The position numbers and the translations under genes are program-made. Below, one piece after another: positions 1-13,386 of a DNA stretch of 64,000 nucleotides (position 1 is the first letter of the stretch; every line of letters starts with the position of its first letter). Source of the stretch: Dicyema japonicum (Eukaryota; Animalia; Dicyemida); contig RDEW01000009.1 of the NCBI GenBank assembly GCA_011109175.1, positions 5,237 through 69,236 of the forward strand. Direction: 5' to 3'. Under the pieces are notes generated by a model. The model searched no databases. It had not been told where the DNA came from and saw nothing but the letters and a program-made list of their open reading frames with translations.

Positions 1-99
1 ACAATTTCAGAAAAATGTTGGGCATACATATGAAAAAATCTGTAACAGGAAACAAAATAACAGATTATTTTTGTGTAATAGATTAAAAAAATTTTCTGT

Positions 100-1450
100 T
101 TTAAAAAAATACATTAGTTATCAACAAAATTAATGGAAAACATGCTTAAATGTTCATAAAAATACTTACTTATTGATAAAATTAATGGAGAATATGTTAA
201 AACTGTTAATGTTTTTATAAAAATGAAAAAAATGTCGGACCTCCATTTTTGGGGCAATTTTTCAAAATGGGGGTCATACTGTATCACATTTTGTTTAATC
301 AAATAGCAGAAAATCGACGTTAGGTAGGTAACTCCCTCGTCTCCAACATTTTTAATAGAATAAGCGGAGTGTTGTCTGGTCTGTGAGAGTATACTGTTTT
401 TGAGGAATGTAGTGTATCCTTCACATCTCCCTCCGAGAATTTGTATGCGACTTTCTGTGCTCCTTGTTTGAAATTTTTGTGTAGATATCTCTTTGAACAT
501 AATCCTTCTCAGATGAAATTTCATCCCCACGTTTCGAATAGCTCTCTACACTTCTCCCGTACTACGATTCGATTTACTGTTGTAAGCACACGATTTTACT
601 TCAACCTCTGGGCTCTGAGCTCTTTGGCTTTTATTTCATTATTCAAGTAATTGTGGCTGTTATAAATTCTCCTCACGTTGGCCTCTCTCTTGATCTTCAC
701 CACAATCGGATTATGGCCGGAAAATCTCAGCGTGACGCCATGTGGTGTAGAAGTGGAAACTGGATACACTTAACTAGTTGTTTACTTCAACTTTTTTCTT
801 GGTAGATGGCGGCTGACCAATCAATTTTTGATGAAAGCGACGATGAGCACAGTGTTACGTCGGGTGAGGTAGGCTTATCTGTCTCTCTCAGTGGTATCCT
901 TGTATTTATTGATGGGTCAATAAATATCGTTAGGGAGTCCGTTTGCGATAACAATAGTTTTCCTCATGTCAGCTAGTTGAGTTGACAGCCACAAGAGATG
1001 ATTTTCATCGAAGGAAAATATTCTTGATAGGTTTGGCATAACATAGCTCTTTGGGCAGGGACGTAGATATTCACAAAGCATAATCTTCATTTCGTTGTAC
1101 CGAGGGAGACTCCAATTATTTTGGTAACCTCATCATCCCCAACGAGTTTCCTCACTTGCGAGAGATGTCTCTGCATTTCAAGTTTTTTTTTGAATAAAGT
1201 GAGGAGACCGCCACCGCTTCTCTCTTTATTGTCTCTGTATTTCAAGTTCTTTTTGAATAAAGTGAGGATCCTGATAGTCTTGTATCCGGGGAATATAGGG
1301 GTAGGGTCATTAAAAGTGAGTTTGGTCTCTTGAATCATAGCCACGTTGATCTTTTGACTTGCCAGGAGTGAGTTCCCTGATTTTCCCTTTAATTCCATTT
1401 ACCTTTAGCTGGAGAGCAGTAAAGTGCTTTTCTCTTGTATGGGCTGAGGA
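100..1450 (-). mobile_element. Decayed non-LTR retrotransposon (APE endonuclease plus start of RT), I/Jockey-like
   Basis: ORF 1087-1398 has APE motifs IQETK and GGGLL; SPDVTLCSS near 850-880; ORF 114-530 contains KNVGDEGVTYLTSIF (RT N-terminal region); frames are broken. Confidence 0.75.
660..830 (+). mobile_element. Short 3' end of the LINE family terminating in G-x-T-stop
   Basis: GTAGAAGTGGAAACTGGATACACTTAACTAGTTG is near-identical to the copy at about 47811-47845. Confidence 0.6.
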
Positions 1451-1789
1451 TTTCCTCCGGGAAGGCTCGATATTCCGCAATGCATCGTGCGAGAATGTCC
1501 AAGGGAGGGTGGTGTCTATAGATTTTTTTCGGTGGGAATTAAGTGCCCCCTTATTCCGTTAGTTGATTCTTATGGGCAAATCATCCTAGTTTATGTTATA
1601 TCAAAAATCTTTTAGGGTATTTTTATATCGGATCCATCACGCATTCCTTACCTAGGGGATCTATTATGTATGTCAAAACCTTGATATAGTCTCAATCCCA
1701 GACGACTGACAGTTTATTCTTCTGGGGAAGCTTTGAATTTGACTTTTGAAGTCAAAATCCTTGTACGAGTTCTAGACGTGGTGGTAGGT

Positions 1790-2346
1790 CTATTTCATCG
1801 AGTAAAACCGTATTGCAGCTCTCAATGCATCCATGTAGCTTGGAGATCCACGGTAACTGGTACCGTGACTATCCTTACTCTTTTGCTTATTGAGGCAAAC
1901 TCTTCAGCACGACTTCAACAGGTCTCACTTGGATCTCGGCCATTTTGTGGTTGTCTTTCTTAAACGGGGAAAGCGAGTTGGACTCTTCAACAGAAAGGGT
2001 TTTAGCTCTTATTTCGTTGAACTGCATCAGGATGTCTACGGATGTTTTATAAATGACTCTAGAGATCTTCTAAAATATAATACTCCCGCCCATTTTGAAG
2101 ATAACTCAGCTGTTTGGCTGTTGCAGCTCGCAGTGTTGCTAGAACCAATGTCAGTTTTAATTCATCTTCCTAGAATTATTATTGACTTCCGTTAGAGTTT
2201 TCCCATTAATATATAACCTTGTCAAAGTGATTACTATGTAAGAGGTCTATCAGCGTTACATCCCCCTTCGATAGAGAATATCTTATTTTGGGTACTACAA
2301 GTCTCGTATCAATAGAAAATATCTCAATTTGATTGGTATGTCTCAT
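1790..2346 (-). CDS. Hypothetical protein, multi-exon
   Basis: Open segments MRHTNQIEIFSID..., EDELKLTLVLATLRAATAKQLSYL, VIYKTSVDILMQFNE..., SKDSHGTSY...FYSMK* are joinable by short GT-AG introns; no family recognised. Confidence 0.5.
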
Positions 2347-2404
2347 TTCGATAGGCAACCATAACAAATAACATAAAAAAATAATAATAATAAAAATGGT
2401 AAAA

Positions 2405-3625
2405 TTACGCAGAAATTGTCTTAAAAATATCAAAACCATCAACTGAGATTCCCCCAATCACACCAGGAAGTCCCTTCCACCAGTGAACTTCCCTAACATC
2501 CCTTATTCCCTTATGGTCAAACAAAAGATTGGGGTCCTCATCCTCTTCCTCAATCAACTGAGCTTCATAGTCCCATATTGATATTGAGTTCTCTTCAGAG
2601 GATGCCACAAATACAGAAGGGTCCGCATGACTCCACTCTACACTGGTCACAGCTTGGTTATAAAAAGTCGACTTCCACACAGGTAACCTCGAATTCCTCG
2701 TGTCCCACACTCGAAGACCTCCCTCGTCCCCTCCAGAGACTATAAAAGGCTCAGTCGGATGGAGACTGATTACATTAACGTCGCTGGGATGAGCATCCTC
2801 GATACCAAGGAAAAGACTTTGGCTCCGAATGTCCCACATCCTAATGGACCGGTCTACGGAACAGGAGACGAAAACCTAAAATAAGAGAATAGAAAACGGA
2901 GGGATTTTGATTGCTCCACTGAAGGTCTTCAACTGACTCTTTGTGGCAGCACCATTGCAGAGGTACTGTTGAAAACTGTCCATTAGACGCCAACTCCCAG
3001 AGGAAAATCTGCCCACTGCAGTCCCCACTAAGCATTCTAACTAGGAATAAGTCATTTTATCAAACCGGGGGATATTTTCGACCAATCCAAGGCGTACCCT
3101 TCGCAAGAATGTCCGTGAAATGTGAAAAAGGGTTTGATTTGTTCTGCCCTTTTCTGTGATTTTTGTGAACTAGGGTTATTATATATGAGTAACTTTTCTA
3201 AATTCTTAATAGATTGGGAGATGTCATACAAGTAGACGCAGGCGTTTGACGAAAATGTAGAGACAAACTGAGAATTGTAGAACGAGTGAGTCTTCAGTCT
3301 GTTAACGACATTCTCGTGGGGAATGGAAACTGAAGAGAGTTCTGGGATAGGATCGTCTTCATCGGACTCTTCTTCTTCTGAGTTGTGTATGTTGTTTGTA
3401 AGGTTGGTCATCTTCATGATGTGGAGGTAGTTTGGATATTTTGGGGGTGCCTGCGTCCCACAAGCAATCATGCACGTTAATGGGTAAGTCATTGGCTGAT
3501 TTATATGAGAATCAAGAAAGGCAAATGACAGACATGATTCACCTTAAGTAAGAAGAAAATATGCCTGTGTCGAAGGAACGGTACATTTCATAAACTTCAG
3601 GAGTGTAATCCATTTCCTCGTTCAT
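2405..3625 (-). CDS. GRWD1: Glutamate-rich WD40 protein 1 (Rrb1), ribosome biogenesis/histone binding
   Basis: YEMYRSFDTG|ESCLSF, YPLTCMIACGTQA, FTFHGHSCEGYALDWS, HKESVEDLQWS, VFVSCSVDRSIRMWDIR, LLFDHKG..VREVHW..LPG...GFDIFKTI; introns 3543-3564 (GC-AG), about 3040-3064 and 2876-2897. Confidence 0.92.
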
Positions 3626-3784
3626 TTTCAAAACGTGACAGATTAGAAGTGTGTTTAAATTTATTTATTTCCAAAAATATTTTTAATAAATAATAAAGTT
3701 ATAATTTTATTTAATTTTTTTGACCCATATTGAGTACATTTACGACATTTTATAATAATTTAAAATCAATGATATATTGTTTTT

Positions 3785-6050
3785 TTGGTGAGGTGATGGC
3801 GTGCCTCTGTTCTACAGATATGTCTTTTTCGCGATTTACACTTTCTTCCACGTTTTCATTTGAAGCTTTAATATAAGAAGACTGAATTTCGATTACTAAA
3901 AGCATCAGCTTTTATGGGATCTATTGAGTCATCATAGCAGAGTTTGCTGCCTCAAAGAAACAAAGACAACCGCGGAAAGCATTACAATGGCTACAATTTT
4001 ATATATCACGCCCTAGCACATGTCGACATTATGAACTTGGGTTCGCAGTCCACTACCACCTATACAATCGTGTCACAAGATCGGAGCGGTCTTTCATGCA
4101 AATAAATTTTGGGGATAAAAAAAATCCTATTAAATAAATCATAAATATATTCGCGGACAGGAACTCGAGTCAATTCTAATCTTGAATAACTGGACGCATT
4201 TATTCCAGCCTTATGGAGGCATACAACTTTATCGTCGTCAAATTTNAACTCGAGTCAATTCTAATCTTGAATAACTGGACGCATTTATTCCAGCCTTATG
4301 GAGACATACAACTTTATTGTCGTCAAATTTAACCTTTATTGCTGGTGATTTGAATGCGATAGCTGGGAGAGCCCAATACGGAGAGATCTGCCTCGGGTCG
4401 CATGGGAGAGATTGCCAAAATTCTCCTAGAGAGTCGCTAATCCACTTCTGCATGGCTTATGACCTGTTCATAATGAACACTGCCTTCGACCACCGAGCAA
4501 GGCATAAGACTGCTTGGAAAGGCTCAAGAAAAAATAAAAATGGAAACATTCACAAAATTTACCACCAAATTGATTACATCATAAAAAGAAATGTGAAAAA
4601 CACATTGTCCGAAGCCAGATTTTACGACGATCTTGAGACATTAGTGATCATAAACTGGTTGTGGCTTGGATTGTATAGAAGAGATTGCACGGGACAGTTG
4701 GTATGCACAGAACAAGGTACACAGATATCATTGATACAGAAAAACTTGTTTAAGGCAAGTCAAAGAGACTCAAGTAAAACCAAGAACTTAGAAAGTAAAA
4801 TAGTTTGATTAGTCGAAATCAGACAAAAATCAATCGACGAACATCACATGGAAAAAGGTTATTCATTCAGTGAGGAAAACGTCATTCTCTATTTTGGGGA
4901 CTTTCCATAAAGTGAAACCAAACACAATAACCTAAGATTGTTTCAATTTCTGCTGAACAAACCAAACTGAGACTCGAAGTAAATAAAACAAAAACAGAAA
5001 AAACCAAGAACACTCTGTGGAAGAATATTAAAAAAAATCAATGATTTACAAAACATGGCCGAAATTGTAAAGTATGAGGACGGAACGATAATTTTTAAAG
5101 CAGTCCGACTAGTAAATACAGAAAAAAAGAACAACCACATTACCGTGTATGACAAACTAGGGGGGAACAGACTATTTTTTAAATCTTTAACAAATGAAAT
5201 CCAAGATAATCCGAATGTTCAAAACATCCTTATATCATCCTATTGGTGACTCAGAAACACCATTAAGAAGCTTAACAGTAAAAGGGCTCAAATATGGGCC
5301 TTCGAGCTGGCAGAGGTTATCACACAAACTGAAAAAGCTCTTGAAGATGACCAGAACTAGATATTGTTAGCGGGTGGTTAATTCCCCTACCGAAGTCAGG
5401 AAAACCAAAAGGACGTTTTTTATCCCCTGTACAAAACGGATGTCGGGAAGAAGATCGACGGGGACGTAATCTGGACACATAGATGGGAAGTTGTCTTATA
5501 TCAAAAATACAAATGATGCATTGAGATGTTTGAGGTCAACACGACTCGAGTTTTTGACTCCATCCACTGAGGCATGTTGAAAGTATTAAACAGTTTCCTC
5601 CACAAGATGAAGCAAAACTGATAAATCAGTTGCTCAAGAATATACAACTTGCTGCATGAATCGGAAAAACTACATCAAGATATTTTCTCATAATGTGGAG
5701 TCTACTGCAAGTGCACTGTCCCCCGTGATCTTATTGATTACCTTGAGGACACCCTGAGATACTTTAGATCAGATATAAAAAACTATTACTATGATTATCT
5801 ATGCAGATGATCTGGACGTGGTATCAGATAATATGAACACTTTGAGGTGAATATACAATGTGCTCCCGAAAATATTCCAAAAATAGTTTTTGACGGTAAA
5901 CATAGAAAATCCGATCAGAAAGAAGTTTCGACGAATCACTCCGAAAGATGATTCAGCTTGGGACGATGTTTCTCCTTCGAACCCATTTAAGTAGGCCTTT
6001 GCCGTATAACTGGTTCCTTTTACCCGCAACAACACGTTCTTCGGTTCTTA
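3785..6050 (+). mobile_element. Decayed RTE-clade LINE (APE plus RT)
   Basis: ORF 4317-4808 has GDLNA...MNTAFDH...KTAW...HQIDYII (RTE APE); YADDLD at about 5801-5818; 5' end GGTGAGGTGATGGCGTGCCTC is shared with 13205. Confidence 0.8.
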
Positions 6051-6790
6051 GGTATTAAGGATTCCAGAGGCATTGGAGACTTTCCAGAAGTCCCACGTTC
6101 CGCATTTCATTAATAATAATACAGTTTAGCCCCCGCCCCAATGGAAAAGCCCCCCAAATACAGAGTAAGATAATTTATCAATTTTTTCAATACTATTTTT
6201 AATTTTTTAAAATTAATTAACATATTAAAATAAAAAAGCCATTTTATTTATTAATTAAAAAAATAATCGCTAATTTTCCGCCNCTTTCCAGAAGTCCCAC
6301 GTTCCGCATTTCATTAATAATAATACAGTTTAGCCCCCGCCCCAATGGAAAAGCCTGCCAAATACAGAGTAAGATAATTTATCAATTTTTTCAATACTAT
6401 TTTTAATTTTTTTAAATTAATTAACATATTAAAATAAAAAAGCCATTTTATTTATTAATTAAAAAAATAATCGCTAATTTTCCGCCCAATATTGTATTTT
6501 TCCGTAATTTCTTGAAGACGTTCAGTCTGAAATCATAATATTCTCGAGCTGCTTCAGGACAAGCATTAAACTTGATATTTGAGTCTCCAGAAGATCAGAT
6601 TGAATACTTGGACAAATTTCGTGAGCATTATTTCTAAATTCGTCTATTTAATTCCAACAATTATTTATTGTGCCCATATTTAATCGATTCCATGTTCCTC
6701 CAACAAATACGATAGCGTGTCGCACATTTATCTTTAACTCCCATAATAATTTTCATAAATATCGTCGATACAAATTGCTTCACAGAGGAC
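6030..6790 (-). CDS. Possible small hypothetical gene (3' part duplicated at an assembly junction)
   Basis: Open segments GVKDKCATRYRICWRNMESIKYG and AHEICPSIQSDLLETQNIKFNACPEAAREYYDFRLNVFKKLR; no family recognised. Confidence 0.3.
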
Positions 6791-8408
6791 ATTTAAAAAT
6801 GAAGATTTAAAAAAATTGATAATGTTGAAGTATGACTGTTGTATTTTTGGAAGTTTGAGGAAAGTAAGATTTGAATAATTTTGACAAATGTGACACCGAG
6901 AATTATTAATAATTAAAATTTGTAGTTTTTGTAAAAAATTTAATTATTAATTCTTTTTAACTAATATTCATCAATCCGAGCCGCGATAGTTCTGGCAATG
7001 TTTTTGATTAAATATCAGGAATATAGCTGTGTGTCCATCAGACCCCCCACAACGACTCATGTGATGATTGCAAACGTCAAGTCCGAAATAGAAGCTAATA
7101 CTGACAAGAAGACTCTTATTATTCACAAAGTTCCAACAATCGAGGATGAATAAGCATTGAGCTAATATCTGGTACTCTCAACGCACAATCAAGGAGGTGT
7201 TGATTAGGCTCTTCTCTAGCTCTATAACGGAAAATTTGTAGAAACCCTCTCCCATGATTTCTGACACAGTTCATATACGGGATCATAAAAACCAAGTTCA
7301 TCCGATAAAATCCGAGGTTCGGATATGGCCTTTTTGGGCGAAGATCCCGAGGAGTTGCATTGATTATTTTAGGAAGGNCATTGAGCTAATATCTGGTACT
7401 CTCAACGCACAAGCAAGGAGGTGTTGATTAGGCTCTTCTCTAGCTCTATAATGGAAAACTTGTAGAAACCCTCTCCCATGATTTCTGACACAGTTCATAT
7501 ACGGGATCATAAAAACCAAGTTCATCCGATAAAATCCGAGGTTCGGATATGGCCTTTTTGGGCGAAGATCCCGAGGAGTTGCATTGATTATTTTAGGAGG
7601 GAAAATTAAAAAACCACTAAGCAAACATGTGATAACGACAATCTTTATTAATCAAATTATTACATCATTATTAGAAATTTTTATTTTCTTTTATAGGAAA
7701 GGGAAAGTCATATTTTTTTTTAAACTTTACTGTCAATTCACTAGGCTAAAGATCTCCTATGCATTTTCCTCATGGGAAGCTTACATCTATTGGACTAATG
7801 ATCAGAAACTCGCGGCTACACAAAAAAGGCTTTTGTAAAGACAGAGAAGTGGTCTACGGATAAAAAGAACATGATGCCGACACCTTTGAAGATCCTAATC
7901 CGAAGGAATAACGAAGAAGGCTTGATCCAACGTGATCAGGAGAAACCCAAATAAGCCTACTGCTTTTCAACTTTTTTGTTGGGCAGAGTCTGCACCCGCA
8001 AATAAAGAAGAACTGATGGAAAAATGAATCAACCGATTTATGCATATTTTGAAAATTAATCATGCATAAATTAATACTAGAACGATGTCACGCCATATTA
8101 AGAAAAATAACTTTCTAGGCAAATGCGACGTTTGAAGGAGATTTAGGCGCGCATAAAATTAATCATGCATAAATTAATACTAGAACGATGTCACGCCATA
8201 TTAAGAAAAATAACTTTCTAGGCAAATGCGACGTTTGAGGGAGATTTAGGCGCGCATTTACGTGGTCGAGAAAGGACATTTGAAAGAAACAAATGTTATC
8301 GCTGAAGTGTAAAATAATGACTGAAATGTAAACAAAGATGGCCTAATTTTATTATTGTGGTTAAAAAGTAATCAAAACAAAGACTTATCGACCCAAAAGA
8401 GTTAAGAC

Positions 8409-9083
8409 CTAAAGTCTAAAATCAGGGTTGGCATAGAACCTACAAATGATAATCAAATGTGACCTGTTTGTGAACATTTCGACCAACTCCTTGGGGACTT
8501 CCAAATAAGGATTGCTCTCCTTCTCGGGATAATTGGGATTTAAGGTGGTTGGGGAAAGTTCGAAGTATGTCTTCTCAAAGAAATGCAAGTGTCCTTCGGC
8601 AGGGTTTCTCAAATTACTCTACAAAGTAATAAATCAGCCAACTTTATCCATTTTTGTCAAACTAGCGTGACCGGCATATATATAATCGACCGGTAATTGC
8701 ATCATCAAATATTTAATTTTATCTTTTAATATATCAGCATATTTATTAAATATTATAGATACTTCCGCTTTGACTTACAGCACGAATAAAAGGCCTGACG
8801 GGACTCTTTTCTCGTGGAGGCAAATTCCTGGTTTGGGACGCCTCTCGTGTAGATGGTCTCGTAAGTCACTCGCACATGATCAACATCAGCGAGAATCGAA
8901 CCCCTTAAAGAAAAAAATACAGGACCTTAGGAGGTTAGTTTGTTTCCTACCCCGTATCAGCTGGAACTTCTGGGTTGTAGAATCCAAACCCCTTTCCCTG
9001 CAAAGTGTCAGCAGATCATTTATAGTGAAAAGGAGAAGGGACAACCGAGGAGAAAATGGCTGATTGATATCATTTTCATACAA
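8409..9083 (-). CDS. Hypothetical protein with SAP-like N-terminal motif
   Basis: NDLLTLCRERGLDST; exons join in frame across 24-25-nt GT-AG introns (LIRG|PVFFSLRG; KMDK|SNLRNPAEGH; MFTNR|FYANPDFRL*). Confidence 0.5.
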
Positions 9084-11759
9084 AAATTAACTGACATTTA
9101 CTAAGAAGCCATAAAGAGGATAGATCCCCGATAAACTGTGGGCATTTATTATGTAGCCACAAAGTGGATAGATCCCTGATAAGCGTAGATATTAACTAAG
9201 AAACTACAAAGGGGATAGATCCCTAAGTTACATTTACCTAAAAAATTCATGTCAGCTGACAGATAAACCGATTGTCATAAGCTTAACAAGTAGCCGATGA
9301 GTAATCGATTGTACTTTAGGACCAGTGACCTGAGTGGCCAATTGGTCGAAGGTTTAAGTGAAGTACCTCTATCGAGTAAAATTTCTACTTAAGTATGTTG
9401 ATCCGATAGATGAAAGTATTGTCTTTTTCTAGTGAGTCTATGTTTTTTGAAGAGACATCGGAAACCCGAAGTTCTAAATAAATGAAGTGTCCAGGCTCGT
9501 AGGATCCAGGATCGAATTTTGTTTGTCCAAAAATTGATAACTCGGGGAATCACATCTCAGAAATAATAATTCACTTATCATGAAGCTTAGTAGACGTCGT
9601 GTGAAATAGAAATAGGTCACCACAACCCTCAGACCTACAAAACACTAGACTAACTGGTTTGACAGGTATAATTGTTTATAACTTGAAATCTTGCATATAT
9701 GCGCACGTGGATTCGTATTGGATTAGTTTCACTTATCATGAAGCTTAGTAGACGTCGTGTGAAATAGAAATAGGTCACCACAACCCTCAGACCTACAAAA
9801 CACTAGGCTAACTGGTTTGACAGGTATAATTGTTTATAACTTGAAATCTTGCTTGTATGGGCACGTGGATTCGTATTGGATTAGTTTTTGTGAAAACTTT
9901 ACTCATTTTAAGGCGGCCAATTATCATCAAAAAACGAAGGTCATGCTAATTTACTAGTACTGCTTTAACTAAATGCAGAAATCCAAAAGGGTTTCCTTAG
10001 TCATTGGAGACTCAAAGAGTCTCTGGAATAGTGATTTTCATATTTTAGTTGAATGAAAAAAATTATAGCCAGGACCAGCAGTAAAAACAAACTATCCAAT
10101 CCCGTGCTCCTGAGGCGTTCCACTACAGCAATCAGTTAGGAACAGTGATCCAGAAGACATTGAAATCGAAGTCAGAACTCGCCGCCAGGGGGTCAGAAAT
10201 ATCATCTGCTTTGATTTCCAATATAGACAACATCATTTTGTCTATAACTCTTTCAATACATAAATAAACCCAAATGTTCAGGATTTTATTTTCTATCGAA
10301 ATTTCAACCTCCTTTAAGTCAGTCACCAGTCTCTCGTGCGTACTTACTTGCCATTTATGCCATAAAGATCATTTTTACTTGGTTCTAGGCACACGTATTG
10401 AAAATTATCTTTTCCTGAAAATCGAATGCCACAAACAGGAACATACACAGAGAAGCACAGACCAGTCTCTCGTCCGTACTTACTTGCCATTTATGCCATA
10501 AAGATCATTTTTACATGGTTCTAGGCACACGTATTGAAAATTGTCTTTTCCTGAAAATCGAATGCCACAAACAGGAACATACACAGAGAAGCACAGATTT
10601 AGTATTTTATCTACCATGTCGGTCATAGCGGACGGCTCACGGGAGACTAATATCAATATTGGGACTAACCTGAAAAGACATGCTATTGAAGGATGATGGT
10701 TGATCTAAAGTCTGATTAATGAAAAAAAATCGATTCATGACGTTCCAAACGATATGCTGCGACGAGCCAAAGTGTGGGAAGGCCTGTCTCAAAAAGAGAA
10801 GAATCAACGAGATACGCTCTATTGACTCAGTTAGTTAATTTTTTAAAATAAATGTTTTATTAACTTTGTTGACGATTATAGCTATTACAGTGGAGCAGAT
10901 CAATCAAAAACAGAAAAGATGTTAGAAAACATGAAATAAATTTAATTTCAAGACTTGACTGATTTTTATTAAACCAATTGTCATCATTAGTTTGTTCAGA
11001 ATAATTTTAATCCTGAATCGACTATCGATCAAAAACAAATGAAATTAGAGTTTGAGGGTCGGAGGGAAATTTAATTATTTGCAAGAGAAGACATTAGAGT
11101 ACCTGTTACTAAAAGAATTTCAAATATAGAGCATCTTGTAAAAATCAAGGGTTTTTAATAAAAATTACAAATTAATTTAACATTACTATAGTTATTGGTA
11201 GTGGAACAAATAAATTAGTAACAAATTATACTCAAACGGTTAAAGACAATAAACATTGCAACGTTTATTGGTCATTCCTAGGAGCTATGGAAACCTCACC
11301 GTTGGCGAACGTTTAATACTCCTAATCACTTCAGAGTTTAACATTACTATGTAAATCTGTCTGCGTAGATTACCGATAATTCTTAATGCAGAGTCTTCCG
11401 ATTTGTGGTAGACATGAGAAACCCAAGTATATGCGTCTGATGCTCCCTCATTTCAAATGGATATCTGACTAATGCCCAGTGAGATCATGCATATAAAGTT
11501 AGTAATATTTGGGAATGTACGTTCATATGGGTACATGAACGATTGATGTGTGCCGACTTTAACATCCTCTGTTACGAGGACAACACCATCGGCAGATAAT
11601 GCAGTTAATTTGATGCAATTCGGTAAACAACATAAGATCGTACAAATAATACCACTTAATCTTATTTAAATTTCCATAATTAATATTTTTATAAATTATA
11701 TTCTATTTACAAAAAAAATAAATTAATTAAATTATGGGTATTTCTCGATAAAAATTACG

Positions 11760-13100
11760 GAAAAAACATTTTTGTCAACTTGCTTCCTCAAGAAGACTCG
11801 ATTAATTTCTGACATTTAACTCGAAGACTGATTTCAAGCGGGTTTCATTTTGGATTTAAACNAAGCTTTCGCCGAGACTCTGTCGAGTTGGATGTGCCCC
11901 AACTTGTATTGGAATACAATACAAGTAGACAGATTTATGAGTTCAATTCGATGCTAAGGACCACATAGCAACTTCTCATCATTAGGGCCATTTTTTGTCA
12001 AAAAATGGTCAAAAATTCATCGTCCGTTCAAATATTCACATCCAACTTAAAAAAAACCTAGACACCCATACGTCTTTATTTTTTCTCGGGAATTTTCACT
12101 TTTTCATCTTTGTTTTCTACGAACAGCCATATGTTTCAAGGACATGAATTTCTTAAGAGGCATCGACGAGAAGCTGAGGACTGCCGTGAAGAAACACTAA
12201 TAAACAACGCGAATGGGACAAGCTTTTATGCTTAAAAATCATACACGAGATAAAACCTGAGCTTGAACAGCATCGTTTGGTGTGTCTGGCTTCTGTGTCT
12301 GGCTCAGAGCATTACCATGTACTTCACTGGTACACTATCGGATGACGACGCGACGAGGATTGAGGTTTCCGCACGTTGAGGCGACTTAATTGCNGAGCTT
12401 GAACAGCATCGTTTAGTGTGCCTGGCTCAGAGCATTACCATGTACTTCACTTGGTACACTATCGGATGAGGATTGGGGTTTCCGCACGTCCTGGAATGGA
12501 TGTTTGCACGATATTGCTGTAGATGTAGAGGAATAGTCGACGCGAAAAGTCTTCAAGCTATTTCCTGTCGGAGTAGTACTGGAAGAAGTCAAGAAGCCGT
12601 AATCAACGGATTTATTGTTTGGGGACTTGAGGCGACCTAATTGCCTGCCACTTGTGTAGACAGCCTCTTTCCCTCTAACCTTTTTATGACATCAACTAGC
12701 CCAGGCTCTTCTTCTGAGAAGGCTGAGAATACCCTCATTTTTGGGGAAAACCTCAAAATCTTCGGGTCGGATATGTGAATTTGTTAATTCTAACTGTCAA
12801 ACCGTTTATCATGTGGTTAAAATGTCCTTGAATTTGACCTGTTTGTATTAAAAAATCATTTAATCAATAATTAGTCAATTACTCCCCTCCGAAATAAATG
12901 CCGTAGTGTTTCCTCACATGATGGCAAAGGAGATCAAATGGAGAAGCCATTGGGTCTGGTTTTTGAATGTAACCAGACATTTTAGTTTCTTGAGAAAATG
13001 AAAAGATTTCCCGCTTATTCTTCGAATTGACTCAAAAAACAACAACCTGGAACGTTAATTGGTCCGGAGTTTTTTGTTTCTTCATCAGCATTTTCTGCTG
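11760..13100 (+). mobile_element. Highly decayed LINE fragments
   Basis: ILDLxKAF-like at about 11850; GIDEKL at about 12160; 12720-13060 resembles the repeats at 38790-38930 and 50900-51250 (reverse). Confidence 0.5.
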
Positions 13101-13199
13101 CGTATAATGTCTCTACCACACTCGCGACGATGTTTTAATTTGATCAAGTCACCTGATTCGTTATAATCACGTGGTTACGTGTTTTCCAACATTAAACGT

Positions 13200-13386
13200 T
13201 TGTTGGTGAGGTGGTGACGTGCCTCGTTTCTTCTCTGTACAACGGTTAAGAAAAACGTCTGAAAAACACTCATCATACAATCGAGAACTCAGGCTAATGA
13301 CGTTCAACGTACGTGGAATATCGAAAGATTGGACAAGGAAAGTACTTTGTGACGATCTCGAGAAATACAAAATATCTATTGGCTGC
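13200..13386 (+). mobile_element. 5' part of an RTE-like LINE (APE N-terminus) running into a gap
   Basis: LRLMTFNVRGI...LEKYKISIGC; the assembly gap begins at 13387. Confidence 0.7.

Noticed and set aside
4160-7600. Direct duplications flanking single Ns (4246, 6283, 7378)
   Set aside because: Near-identical copies abutting a lone N are typical of unmerged contig or haplotype overlaps.
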